64,000 nucleotides of DNA from an uncultured delta proteobacterium (GTDB lineage: Bacteria > Desulfobacterota > Binatia > UBA9968): positions 1,376,001 to 1,440,000 of the forward strand of contig CAVUVW010000013.1 in the NCBI GenBank assembly GCA_963745035.1, written 5' to 3'. The first letter of the stretch is position 1, and each line of letters opens with the position of its first letter. Positions 1 through 9,902 of the stretch are shown here, piece by piece. The notes under the pieces are model-generated. The model ran no database searches and was not told the origin of the DNA. It saw only the letters and a program-made list of their open reading frames with translations. The translations under genes and the position numbers were made by a program.

Positions 1-191
1 AGTTGGGGCATCTGGATATCTGTGACTACCCAGTCGGTGGGTTCGTGGAAATAGCTGTTGTAGCCGTGAATGCCGTCGCGCGCGGTGCGTGTCTCGAAAC
101 CTTCGGCGCTGAGGGCGAGGGCGAGGATCTGCGCCAAGCCTTCGTCGTCTTCGACGACCAAAACGGATTCGCCCCGCGATGACATGATCAT
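1..191 (-). CDS. Response regulator receiver-domain protein (3' end runs off window)
   Basis: Manual translation from ATG 191: MIMSSRGESVLVVEDDEGLAQILALALSAEGFETRTARDG...DWVVTDIQMPQ. Has the EDD acidic pocket and phospho-Asp (TDIQMP); GGGGA RBS-like sequence upstream. Not in the ORF track. Confidence 0.85.
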   Translation of the reverse strand, partial: MIMSSRGESVLVVEDDEGLAQILALALSAEGFETRTARDGIHGYNSYFHEPTDWVVTDIQMPQ

Positions 192-210
192 TTCCCCTGG
201 AATCAACGTG

Positions 211-226
211 AGCAATCCGTATTCCA
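211..226 (-). promoter_or_regulatory. sigma54 (-24/-12) promoter
   Basis: Minus strand TGGAATACGGATTGCT: GG-N10-GC with TTGC, 20 nt upstream of the receiver gene and just downstream of a sigma54 activator. Confidence 0.65.
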
Positions 227-339
227 CTTGAAAACGAGCGCCGAAACGGCATCTTTCGCAAAAATGATTGAGCTTTTCCTCCAAGCACCGCGGCGCTTGA
301 AGGATTACCCCTACGGCGAGCTATGAGCGGAAGGAAAGA

Positions 340-1764
340 CTAATTCGGCAGTCCGGGCTTGGATTTTTTGAATTCGTGGGCGTTTAAGTCGTGCTTTTTC
401 AGCAGGTCATAAAAATCCGCCCGGTATTTGCCGGCGAGCTTGGCGGCTTGGCTGACGTTCCCCTCGGTCATCGACAAGACTTGAATAAGATAATCCCGCT
501 CGAAGGCGTCACGCGCGTCCTTCAATGGCTTCAAACCCGCGCTCGGCTCTTCCCTCAACTCCAGCGCCGAGCTCGGCACCCGCTCCGGCGTAAAGCTTCT
601 GCCCTGGAGAATGTAGTCCTCGGTCACCGTATCGCTTTGGGTCATAGCGACCGCGTATTCGACCGTGTTTTCCAGTTCGCGCACGTTGCCCGGCCAGTCA
701 TGCATCATCAGCTTGCGCAGCGCATCGGGAGTCAGACCCTTCACGTCTTTTTTCATGTGCTCACCGTACTTTTTAAGAAAGTGCTCGAGCAGCGGCATGA
801 TATCATCCTTGCGCTCGCGCAGCGGCGGCAAGTAAACCGGAATGACGTGAATCCGATAGAACAAGTCGTCGCGAAACAGGCCCTTGCGTACCTGATCCTC
901 CAGATCCTTGTTGGTCGCGACGATCACTCGAACGTCGACTTCCATCGGCACCTCGCTGCCGACCGGATAAAATTGCCGCTCCTGCAAAACGCGCAGGAGC
1001 TTGGATTGGGTCGAGCGCGGCATATCGCCGATCTCGTCGAGAAACAGCGTGCCGCCGTGGGCCTGGGTAAACAGACCGCGCGTGCTCTTCACCGCTCCGG
1101 TGAATGCTCCTCTTTCGTGGCCGAACAACTCGCTTTCCAGCAGCGACTCGGGCAGCGCGGCGCAGTTGAGCGCCACGAAGGCCTTGTCCTTTCGATTGCT
1201 GGCGAGATGAATCGCCTTGGCGATAAGCTCCTTTCCGGTGCCGCTCTCGCCGTGGATATGGACCGTGGAATCGAGCTTGGCGATGCGCGACACCACGTCC
1301 AGCACCGCGCGCATCTTGCCGCTGCGCGCGATGATATTGGTGAAATCGTAGCGCTCGTTGATAATGTCCTTGAGCCGCTGAATTTCATAATTGAGCTTGC
1401 GATTTTCGAGCGCGCGATCGATCTGCAGCAGCAGGTCCGGCGGCTCGAACGGCTTGGTCAGATAGCTGTAGGCGCCCCGGCGCATCGCTTCCACCGCGCT
1501 CTCGATGCTGCCGTGCGCGGTGAGAATGATGGTCGGCACGTCGGGATTGATGCCGCGAAACTCGTCCATCAAGGCCAGGCCGTCGCCATTGGCGAGCATC
1601 AGATCGACGATGCACAGATCGAAAAACTTTTCCTTGAGCTCGCGCACCGCTTCGAGCTCGTCGCCCGTAGCGATCACCTCGTAGTCGGCCGACTCGAGCC
1701 GCATGCGGATCAACTCCAGAAGATTCGGATTGTCATCGACGACAAGAATTTGTCCTTTAGCCAT
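340..1764 (-). CDS. sigma54-dependent response regulator (NtrC family, GlrR/QseF-like)
   Basis: Receiver (VVDD..VDLML), Walker [31 protein letters not shown]-terminal Fis-type HTH. Confidence 0.95.
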   Translation of the reverse strand: MAKGQILVVDDNPNLLELIRMRLESADYEVIATGDELEAVRELKEKFFDLCIVDLMLANGDGLALMDEFRGINPDVPTIILTAHGSIESAVEAMRRGAYSYLTKPFEPPDLLLQIDRALENRKLNYEIQRLKDIINERYDFTNIIARSGKMRAVLDVVSRIAKLDSTVHIHGESGTGKELIAKAIHLASNRKDKAFVALNCAALPESLLESELFGHERGAFTGAVKSTRGLFTQAHGGTLFLDEIGDMPRSTQSKLLRVLQERQFYPVGSEVPMEVDVRVIVATNKDLEDQVRKGLFRDDLFYRIHVIPVYLPPLRERKDDIMPLLEHFLKKYGEHMKKDVKGLTPDALRKLMMHDWPGNVRELENTVEYAVAMTQSDTVTEDYILQGRSFTPERVPSSALELREEPSAGLKPLKDARDAFERDYLIQVLSMTEGNVSQAAKLAGKYRADFYDLLKKHDLNAHEFKKSKPGLPN

Positions 1765-1772
1765 GTCGCTTT

Positions 1773-2378
1773 CTACCTGCGGTCGCGCCGCTTCTGGTCG
1801 ATCTCGATGTCCACCTGCTTGGACTTTTCGATGACTTGTTTGGTCTTTTCGATCTCATGCCTGGTCTTTTCCAATTCGAGCCGCGATTTTTCGATTTCCT
1901 GCTTAGATCTTTCCACCGCTTGGCGGTTCTTCTCCAATTCGTCCTGCCACTTTTCCATCGCCCGGCGCGACGCTTCGACGTCTTGCCTGGCCTGCTCGGC
2001 CTCTTTCAAGACACCGATCCAGGCCTGCGACTCCTCCACCCACAAACTCGACGGATAGGCGGATACGACCTGAGCAAACGCCGCCTTGGCTTTTGCCAAG
2101 TCTCTTTGGGGATTGTCCGGGTGCGCGTGGACGATCCCCGTTTTGTACACCGCCGCGTCGGCCGGCGACTTGTCGCGCGCCGCTAGCGCGACGCTCTGAA
2201 AGGCGCGCAGCGAGCCTTCGTAGTCGCCGCCGACCAGCAGGCGCTCGCCGCTCTGCATGATTTCGCCCATCGCGCGCTCCGGGCTCGCATCCCGCCCGAG
2301 ACTGCAACCGGCGACACATACTAACAAGGCAAGACAAAAATAAAAGTGCTGCCGTTGCCCGGCTCGCTCTCGGCCCAT
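1773..2378 (-). CDS. Lipoprotein with TPR-like helices and coiled-coil tail (QseG/YfhG-like by position)
   Basis: Lipobox-like LVCVAGC, helical repeats, heptad E-K-x-K/R repeats; lies between kinase and regulator as in qseEGF/glrK-yfhG-glrR. Confidence 0.7.
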   Translation of the reverse strand: MGRERAGQRQHFYFCLALLVCVAGCSLGRDASPERAMGEIMQSGERLLVGGDYEGSLRAFQSVALAARDKSPADAAVYKTGIVHAHPDNPQRDLAKAKAAFAQVVSAYPSSLWVEESQAWIGVLKEAEQARQDVEASRRAMEKWQDELEKNRQAVERSKQEIEKSRLELEKTRHEIEKTKQVIEKSKQVDIEIDQKRRDRR

Positions 2379-3764
2379 ATTTTCCCGCCGTGAGAGGTAA
2401 TGATCGTTTTGGCGATCGCCAAGCCCAGCCCGGTGCCCTGGCGCGCGTACGGTGTCTGACGATTTCCCTGGTTAAATTTTTCGAAAATCGAAGTCAAGCT
2501 TTCCGCCGGAATTCCCGGTCCCGAGTCTTTCACAGAAATTTCCAGTTTGCCATTGGCCGGTTTCGCGGCGATGCGCACCAGCCCGCCGTTGGGCGTAAAT
2601 TTCACCGCGTTGCCGAGCAAATTGCGCAGCACCTGGAGAATGCGCTCGGAATCGACCCGCACCGGCCGCAGCGCGCCGTCGACGGCGCTTTCCAGCCGGA
2701 TTTTCTTGGCTTCGACCAGAGGCGCGATCTCGGCGAGCGCGCGCTTGATCAAAGGCTCCAGATGGGTGACCTCGAAATCGTAGATCATCATGCCGGCTTC
2801 CATCTTGGAAAGATCCAGCAGCGAGTTGACCACGTTGATCAGGCGATTGCTTTCTTCGGCGAGTATGCCGAGAAGCTTGCGTTGCTTGTCCGTGGTCTCG
2901 CCGCCCACGCCATCGAGCAACAGCCCGGTGCCCTCTTTGATCGAAGTGAGCGGCGTGCGCAGCTCGTGCGACATGGAAGCGAAGAAATCCGCCTTCAAGC
3001 GATCGAGCTCGTGCAGCTTTTCGCACATGGAGTTGATCGCGGCAGCCAATTCGCCGATCTCCGGCGGCGAGCGCACCAGCAATTTTCCTTCAAAATTTCC
3101 GTCGGCGATCTCCCGCGTCTTGTGTTTCAACAAAGCGATGGGCCGGGTGATGCTTTTGGTGATCCACAGCGACAGCAGGACGATGGCGAGCAGGCAGGCA
3201 ACCGAGATCAGAGTAGAGACCTCGCGCGCTTGGTCCGCGGCGGTGGCCAGGTCGGTGACCTTGGCGTAGGTCAACTGCTGTTGATTGACGCGCAGTCTCT
3301 CGAACGACCCCAGCATGGAATCGATCAGCGCGTCTTTATCCTGCTTGAATTGGGCCCACTGGTAGGGCTTGCCCGCGCGCACGAGCCGACCTTCGCCGCT
3401 CGACAATCTCGTCGTAGCGACGAAAATCCCGGCCGATGCGCTGCAGGATCGGAGTCGCAGCCGCATCTTGCAATTGGAGCGCGCTTTCCAAGCGCCCTTC
3501 GAACTCGATCTTGAGCCGCACGAATTGCAGGTACCACGTCTCGTCCCGAGTGATCGCGAATTTCTGCTCGGCGCGGCTCTGCGCCAGCAGCAGATCGGCC
3601 AGCGTCTTCTCGTGATCGAGAATGCGGTTGTCGACCTTGAGAATCGACTCGGTGAGCCGGCGAAAGTCGCGCAGTTGCAGCACGGCATGCGCGCCGGCGA
3701 GCGCGACCGCGAGGAAAATCGCCAGATAACCGAACGTCAGGCGCGAAAACAGGCTCAACCGCAC
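2321..3764 (-). CDS. Sensor histidine kinase, HAMP + HisKA + HATPase (GlrK/QseE-like); one frameshift near 3400
   Basis: N-terminal TM and periplasmic part in ORF 3336..3764; second TM, HAMP, SHELRTPL H-box, N/G1/G2 boxes in ORF 2321..3688. Confidence 0.88.
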
Positions 3765-3797
3765 GTGGGTGGCTTCCTCGCTTTGGACCGCGCACGA

Positions 3798-4931
3798 CTA
3801 CCGCGCTCGGGAGCCCGGCGCGAGATCGCAAAGTTCCTGCTGCTCCGTGTCAGCGGCCAGCAATTTTTGCGAGAACTGCTCCAGGCGCCGGTCGGCATTT
3901 TGGTAGCCGGATTGGGCGTGCGTCAAATGCTTTCCCAGCAGCGCGAACTCTTCACGAAATTTGGCGAAGTCGCCTTGCAGGCGGCTCAGATACTGAATGA
4001 TCTCTTGGGCGCGGTCTTCGATCTTCATGCCCCGCAGGCCCAGCACGATCGCCTGGAGATAGGCATACAAGCTATTCGGCGAAACCGGCACCACGCGTTT
4101 GGCCATCGCGTACTGGGTCAAATTCTTCTCGTCCGCTGCGTCATCCTTGATGATCGTTTCATAATAAACGTTTTCCGCCGGGATATACATGAGCGCGAAA
4201 TCATAGGTGCCCTCGTCGGGAAGAATGTATTTGCCGGCGATGGCGTCGATATGCTTTCTCACGTCGGCGGCGAACTGCTTTTTTGCCCGGTTCTTTTCCT
4301 CCTCGCTGGCCGCTTCCAGGATGCGTTTGAAGTTCTCGAGGGGAAACTTGGCGTCGACCGGAACCAGCGCGGCGCCGAGCTTGATCACCGCGTCGACCTT
4401 CTCGCCGCTGCGAAAACCGTGCTGCGTGGAAAAGTGCTGCAGCGGCAGGATCTGGGCCAGCAGATCCTCCAGAAAAAACTCCCCCAAGCCGCCGCGCAGT
4501 TTCGGCGCGCGCAAGATTTCCTGCAGCGAAGCGATATCCTTGCCCACCTCAAAAATTTTGCGATTGGCTTCTTCCAGGCCGCCGAGGCTGCGCTCGACGC
4601 TGCCGACCACGCGCGCCGCGTTGTCCAGGCGCTCGCCCAGGCTGCGCTGGGTCAGGTTCAACACTTCGGCGTTTTCCCGCAGCCGCTCGTTGACATGGCC
4701 GAGGAGCTGGCCCAACTGCTGCTGGATCGACTGCGCGTTGCCGTCCAACGCCTGGCCAAACTGCGCGCGCAGCTGCTCGATCTGCTGCTGCAGCAACAGC
4801 AGCGAAGCGTCGTCGTTCTTCTCTTGGAGAACCGCGCGCAAGCGGCTGGTAAACCACCAACCGAGAAGCGTCAAAACCAGGACCGCGAGGAGAAGGATGA
4901 GAGCGAAGAGAGTAACGGGTTCCACGATCAC
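3798..4931 (-). CDS. rmuC: DNA recombination protein RmuC
   Basis: N-terminal TM, coiled coil, RGGLGEFFLE, VDAKFPL, FALMYIPAE, VSPNSL motifs of the RmuC family. Confidence 0.93.
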   Translation of the reverse strand: MIVEPVTLFALILLLAVLVLTLLGWWFTSRLRAVLQEKNDDASLLLLQQQIEQLRAQFGQALDGNAQSIQQQLGQLLGHVNERLRENAEVLNLTQRSLGERLDNAARVVGSVERSLGGLEEANRKIFEVGKDIASLQEILRAPKLRGGLGEFFLEDLLAQILPLQHFSTQHGFRSGEKVDAVIKLGAALVPVDAKFPLENFKRILEAASEEEKNRAKKQFAADVRKHIDAIAGKYILPDEGTYDFALMYIPAENVYYETIIKDDAADEKNLTQYAMAKRVVPVSPNSLYAYLQAIVLGLRGMKIEDRAQEIIQYLSRLQGDFAKFREEFALLGKHLTHAQSGYQNADRRLEQFSQKLLAADTEQQELCDLAPGSRAR

Positions 4932-4941
4932 CGTGAGCGCA

Positions 4942-5154
4942 TCAGAGGAGTCTCACGGCGTATTCGAGGATCTCGCTGAGCTTGCGAATTTGTGTGGCGC
5001 GCATGGAGCGTTCTTCGCGGGGGGCGTTGAAGTAATCGTCGACGCTTTTTTTCATGTTCCATTCGAGCAACTCAACGCATTGCTCGATGCTCATTTTCTC
5101 CGAACGGCGACGGCGCGCCTGATGCAGTTCGCGGATCTGGATGAGCTGGCCCAT
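4942..5154 (-). CDS. Small hypothetical protein (~70 aa)
   Basis: MGQLIQIRELHQARRRR...ILEYAVRLL fills the gap between aguA and rmuC; helical, no recognised family. Confidence 0.55.
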   Translation of the reverse strand: MGQLIQIRELHQARRRRSEKMSIEQCVELLEWNMKKSVDDYFNAPREERSMRATQIRKLSEILEYAVRLL

Positions 5155-5188
5155 ACAAGCGGCTAGAATAGGGGAGTGAAAAGATTTG

Positions 5189-6265
5189 TCAAGGCCGCAG
5201 CGCGGTTGGCGCCGGCTCCTGCTGCGTGACGCAGTGAATCGCGCCCAAGCCGCCGACCGCTTCGTTGCAGCGCAGGCCGACGACTTTTCGGCGCGGGAAC
5301 AATTCCTGTAAAATCCCCAGCGCCGCGACATCGCTGGGATCGTCGAACACGGGAACCAAAACGACTTCATTGGCGATATAAAAATTGGCGTAGCTCGCCG
5401 GCAGGCGCGCGCCGTCGAAGACCACCGCCGCCGGGCAGGGCATTTTCACCACCGAAAGCTTTTTGCCGTTTTGATCAGTGGCGCTTTGCAGGCGCTCGAA
5501 GTTCTCTTGCAGCGCGCGGTAATTTTCATCCTTGGGATCGCTTTCGACGATGCACGCGACCGTCGTCGGATCGACGAAGCGCGCGAGGTCGTCGATATGG
5601 CCGTCCGTGTCGTCGCCGGCGATGCCTTCGCCGAGCCAAACAAAGTGGCTCACCCCCAACGCCCCCTTGAGCCGCTCTTCGATCTCGTCCCGGCTCAGAT
5701 GCGGGTTGCGGTTTTTGTTCAAAAGACACTGTTCGGTCGTCAAGCAGGTGCCGGCGCCGTTGACTTCGATGGAGCCGCCTTCGAGAACCATATCGTGCTC
5801 GAAAACCGGAACGTCGAGCAGTGAAACGATTTCTCGCGCGACCCGATCGTCCTCTTCGTAAGCCTTATATTTGCCGCCCCAACCGTTGAAGATCCAATCG
5901 TTGCACGCCAGCGGCCGATCGCCCGAAGCGCGCGTGACAAACGTCGGGCCGTAGTCGCGCATCCAGACATCGACCGTCGGAATCGTCAGCAGCGTCACGT
6001 TGTCCAAAGCGGTGCCGGCATTTTTCAGGCGCGCGCCGACGTCGCGTTTCGCGGTTTCGTCATTCACCAGCAGACAGACGCGCTCGTAGGGCGCCAGCGC
6101 GGCGACTATCTGGATCCACACCTCGCGCACGTTTTCCAAAAAAGCCGGCCAGGTTTCCCGGTTGTGCGGCCAAGCAAGCCACGTGGCACGATGGGGCGCC
6201 CACTCGGCGGGCATCGAGTAGCCGAGCGAGCTCGGCGTGACGTCGGCCGCCTTCGTCGTGGTCAT
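5189..6265 (-). CDS. aguA: Agmatine deiminase
   Basis: MPAEW..H.ATWLAWP, DVWMRDYGP, LEGGSIEVNG, DDTDGHID, GLGAIHCVTQQ (catalytic Cys). Start ATG 6265 overlaps the aguB stop. Confidence 0.95.
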   Translation of the reverse strand: MTTTKAADVTPSSLGYSMPAEWAPHRATWLAWPHNRETWPAFLENVREVWIQIVAALAPYERVCLLVNDETAKRDVGARLKNAGTALDNVTLLTIPTVDVWMRDYGPTFVTRASGDRPLACNDWIFNGWGGKYKAYEEDDRVAREIVSLLDVPVFEHDMVLEGGSIEVNGAGTCLTTEQCLLNKNRNPHLSRDEIEERLKGALGVSHFVWLGEGIAGDDTDGHIDDLARFVDPTTVACIVESDPKDENYRALQENFERLQSATDQNGKKLSVVKMPCPAAVVFDGARLPASYANFYIANEVVLVPVFDDPSDVAALGILQELFPRRKVVGLRCNEAVGGLGAIHCVTQQEPAPTALRP

Positions 6266-7188
6266 GGGGACACCGGAGAAAGCGCGGGGCGGGCGGCGCG
6301 CTGGCGATCGTCGAGCGCGCGCTCGAGCAGCGCGCCGTAAGCGTCGATGCGCCGGTCGCGCAGGAACGGCCAGCTCTGGCGTGTCTCTTCGATCCGCGCC
6401 AGATCGCACTTGGCGAGCAATATTTCTTCGCGCTCGCCGCCCGCGTGGGCGACGATTTCGCCCAAGGGACCGGCGACGAACGAATGGCCCCAGAATTTGA
6501 TCTTGCCCTCACGGCCCACCCGATTCACCGCCGCGACGTAGACGCCGTTGGCCACCGCGTGCGAGCGCTGGATCAACTCCCACGCCGCGCGCTGCTGCTG
6601 CGCGATTGCCCGCGGCTCGTTGGGGATCCAGCCGATGGCGGTCGGATAGACGAGAATCTGCGCGCCGGAGAGCGCGGCCAGGCGCGCGCCTTCCGGGAAC
6701 CACTGGTCCCAACAAACCAGCGCGCCGATTTTCGCGTAGCGCGTGGAAAAGCTCGGAAAGCCGAGGTCGCCGGGGGTGAAGTAGAATTTTTCATAGTAGA
6801 GCGGGTCGTCGGGGATGTGCATTTTGCGGTAAATGCCTGCAATCGCGCCATCGGCATCGATGACGACCGCGGTATTGTGATAAACCCCGGCTGAGCGCCT
6901 TTCAAAGATCGAGGCGACGATGACAACTTCGCGCTCGGCCGCGAGCGCGCTCAAGGCCTCCGTCGTCGGTCCCGGGATCGACTCGGCGAGCTTGAAGTTC
7001 TTGTGGTTCTCGCTCTGGCAGAAATAACGCGAGCGAAACAACTCTTGCAGGCAAACGATCTGCGCGCCCTTCTTCGCCGCCGCCTTGATCCTCTCGCCCG
7101 CCTTTTCCAGATTGGCGGCAAGATTGTCTCCCGCGCTCATCTGAATCAGCCCCAGCGTCACCCGGTCTTTGTTCGAATTTCGCGCCAT
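6262..7188 (-). CDS. aguB: N-carbamoylputrescine amidase (carbon-nitrogen hydrolase)
   Basis: E-K-C triad: LQELF, YRKMHIPDDP, VCWDQWFPE; coupled to agmatine deiminase. Confidence 0.9.
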   Translation of the reverse strand: MARNSNKDRVTLGLIQMSAGDNLAANLEKAGERIKAAAKKGAQIVCLQELFRSRYFCQSENHKNFKLAESIPGPTTEALSALAAEREVVIVASIFERRSAGVYHNTAVVIDADGAIAGIYRKMHIPDDPLYYEKFYFTPGDLGFPSFSTRYAKIGALVCWDQWFPEGARLAALSGAQILVYPTAIGWIPNEPRAIAQQQRAAWELIQRSHAVANGVYVAAVNRVGREGKIKFWGHSFVAGPLGEIVAHAGGEREEILLAKCDLARIEETRQSWPFLRDRRIDAYGALLERALDDRQRAARPALSPVSP

Positions 7189-7226
7189 GGTTTTTGCTCG
7201 TTGCGATCACTCTACAGTCTAAAGAC

Positions 7227-7267
7227 AAAAAAAGGGAGAGGAAAGGCTTCTCCCCTTTCCTCTCCCT
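7227..7267 (-). terminator. Intrinsic terminator
   Basis: Stem AGGGAGAGGAAAGG/CCTTTCCTCTCCCT with a T-run on the minus strand, downstream of the dienelactone hydrolase gene. Confidence 0.75.
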
Positions 7268-7286
7268 GAAAATAGCTTGCGCAAGT

Positions 7287-8006
7287 CTACTTCAGATGCT
7301 GCGCGAAGAACGATTTGGTCTTCTCCCAGGCGTCTTTGGCGGAAGCTTCATGGTAGCTGCCGCGGTCGTCGCAGTTAAAGCCGTGGCCGGCTTCGGGATA
7401 AACCTCCATTTGAAAGGGCACTTTCTTCGACGTCAATTCGGTTTTGATCTGGCCCACTTGATCCATCGGGATCAGCTGATCCTTGGCGCCGAAAAAGAGA
7501 TACATCGGACATTTAATCTCGCCGGTGCGCGAAAGCGGGCTCGGATTGCCCATCGGAATGCCGCCGCCGTAGTACGGCACCGCTGCTTTGATATCATTGG
7601 CGTGATGCGCCGCCGTCAAATAGGTAAGGCGTCCGCCCATGCAAAACCCTACTACGCCGATGGAACCGCCCTTTACGTTGCTTTCGGCTTTGAGGTGCGC
7701 GATGGCCGCGCCGACATCTTCCATCGCCTTGGGGTCTTGGACCCGCTGCAAGGTTGCGATCGCCTTGGGCATCTCGGAGTAGGGAATCACGCGCTCCGCT
7801 TCGCGGTGAAAAATGTCGGGGGCGATGGCGACGTAGCCTTCCGCGGCGATGCGGTCGGTGACTTTCTTGATATGGTCGTTGACCCCGAAGGCTTCTTGAA
7901 TGACGACGATGCCGGGATACGGCCCGCCGTCTTTCGGCTGCGCGACATAGGCATCCATCTTGCCGTCGGAAGTATTGAGCTGAAGAGTTTTGCTGGTGGT
8001 GTCCAT
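7287..8006 (-). CDS. Dienelactone hydrolase family protein
   Basis: QEAFGVN, GFCMGG nucleophile, GAKD, AGHGF triad motifs; GGAGGA RBS before ATG 8006. Confidence 0.93.
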   Translation of the reverse strand: MDTTSKTLQLNTSDGKMDAYVAQPKDGGPYPGIVVIQEAFGVNDHIKKVTDRIAAEGYVAIAPDIFHREAERVIPYSEMPKAIATLQRVQDPKAMEDVGAAIAHLKAESNVKGGSIGVVGFCMGGRLTYLTAAHHANDIKAAVPYYGGGIPMGNPSPLSRTGEIKCPMYLFFGAKDQLIPMDQVGQIKTELTSKKVPFQMEVYPEAGHGFNCDDRGSYHEASAKDAWEKTKSFFAQHLK

Positions 8007-8086
8007 GATTCCTCCTCCGTCGCGGGCATGAATTTTGAAAAAATTTTCTATCAGATTTTCTCCAGGGGGTCTACTCTCCGATCCAA

Positions 8087-8929
8087 TTAATGCCGGCAGA
8101 AGTCCAAAATGCGATCGCACACTTTCTGTGTCGTCTGTTCCGGCGGCATGACGTTCCAGAAATCGGCCTTTGGCAAAAGCTCGCGCAAATAATGCGCGCC
8201 GGAGGTGGCGTGCGATGGATCGTCGCCGGGGATGATGAGAGCCGGCGCTTTGATGCCCAGCACCTCTTCAGGCTCGGCCCCCGGCGCGGTATCGCGGTCG
8301 AATAAACTGCGGCCGCTGGTAACGATCATGCCGAGGTATTTCTCGAAATCGGCCGCGGCGAAGCGCTCGGCGAACGTAGCGTCCCGCGCGATCAGCGCCG
8401 CCCAGGGACCGCCCTCCGGATCCATCCAGAAGGTTTTGCCTCCGCGCGCACGCTCGACCACGCCCTTGAGGCCGTTCTCTTTGGCAAAATTGTAGTGGCG
8501 CACGAAGCGCTCGCCGGCGTTTACCTTCCAGCGATAGCCGCCCACCGGCCAATGCAGAATCAGGCCGCGCGCGGTTTCGGGGTAGTGAACGCCGAAAGCG
8601 AGCGCCACAGAACAACCCATGCAGCCGCCCATGATCCACGCCGATGAGATTTTCAGATGGTCGAGCAGCGCCTTGCCGTGGCGCGTGTAGCTCGCCCAAG
8701 AAAGCCGTTCGACCCGGCCGCCCGACTGGCCGCACTCGCGGCGATCGTAGAGAATCACCGTATGCTCGGCGGCAAGCGCCGTTATCGCGTCCATTCCCGT
8801 CCACGCGCTCGCCACCCGCCACTTATCGACCGTGGCGTCAAAGCCGCCCGGCGCGCACATCAAAAGCGGCGATCCGGAGCCATGGGTTTCATAATAAGTG
8901 TCAATACCATCGACCATCGCATTCGGCAT
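8087..8929 (-). CDS. alpha/beta hydrolase fold protein
   Basis: YDRRECGQS, G-G-C-M-G nucleophile elbow; AGGAGG RBS before ATG 8929. Confidence 0.85.
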   Translation of the reverse strand: MPNAMVDGIDTYYETHGSGSPLLMCAPGGFDATVDKWRVASAWTGMDAITALAAEHTVILYDRRECGQSGGRVERLSWASYTRHGKALLDHLKISSAWIMGGCMGCSVALAFGVHYPETARGLILHWPVGGYRWKVNAGERFVRHYNFAKENGLKGVVERARGGKTFWMDPEGGPWAALIARDATFAERFAAADFEKYLGMIVTSGRSLFDRDTAPGAEPEEVLGIKAPALIIPGDDPSHATSGAHYLRELLPKADFWNVMPPEQTTQKVCDRILDFCRH

Positions 8930-9085
8930 GAATTTCCTCCTTAAACCTGGTCGAGGATCGCGCGCCATTCTCGATCTTCCATCCTCGATCCTCGTTTCCC
9001 AGCCGCCAACTGGACATCAAAACTTGCGCCACGTAAGATCTAGCACGGCGCACGGCACATTGAAAAGTATTGGGGAGACTAACGC

Positions 9086-9902
9086 GTGAGCGACAAGTCA
9101 ATCGAACAAAAATTCACCCGAATTGCTGGAAGTCATGGCGCGCTTGCGCGGCGAGGCCGGCTGTCCATGGGACAAGGAGCAGACGCACCTCTCTCTCAAG
9201 CCCTGCCTGCTCGAAGAAAGCTACGAGCTTCTCGACGCCTTGGACAGCGGCGATGCGAACAAGCTCAAGGAGGAGTTGGGCGACGTCTTACTCCAAGTGG
9301 TTTTTCACGCCCAGATCGCCCGCGAAGAAGGCCGGTTCACCATCGAAGACGTGATTGCGCAGCTCACTGAAAAACTTATTCGCCGCCATCCCTACGTCTT
9401 TGCCGGCGAGCCGCTGCCCGAGGACACCGCGTCGGTGTTGAAGCAGCGCATGCAAATCAAAGCGAGCGAAAAAGAAGACGGCGAGGTGAAATCGGCGCTC
9501 GGCAACGTGCCCAAAGCCATGCCGGCGTTGGCGCGCGCGCAGTCCATTTCGCGGCGGGCGGCTCATCTCGGCTTCGAGTGGCCTGACATCGAGCAGGTTT
9601 GGAAAAAAGTCGATGAGGAAATCCACGAGCTCAGGGAAGCCGCGGCGTCCGGGAACACATTGCGAACCGGCGAAGAGGTCGGCGATCTGCTCTTTACGCT
9701 CGTCAATATCGCGCGTTTTCTCGACGTCGAATCGGAAGAAGTCCTCGCCCAGACCGTCGATCGCTTCATCCGCCGCTTTCAGCACATCGAAACCAAGCTG
9801 CGCGAGGCGAACAAGAGCTTCGATCAGTCATCGCTCGAGGAAATGGATCGGTATTGGGAAGAAGCCAAGGCGCTCGAAGCCCAAGCAAAAAATCCAAAAT
9901 GA
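9086..9902 (+). CDS. mazG: Nucleoside triphosphate pyrophosphohydrolase MazG (frameshift near 9118)
   Basis: GCPWDKEQT, EESYE, EELGDVLLQ, EEVGDLLF tandem MazG domains. GTG 9086 with GGAG RBS is out of frame by one base. Confidence 0.92.

Noticed and set aside
391-4979. Long + strand ORFs (391..2058, 2390..3514, 3369..4979)
   Set aside because: Antisense shadows of well-supported minus-strand genes in GC-rich DNA; no motifs.
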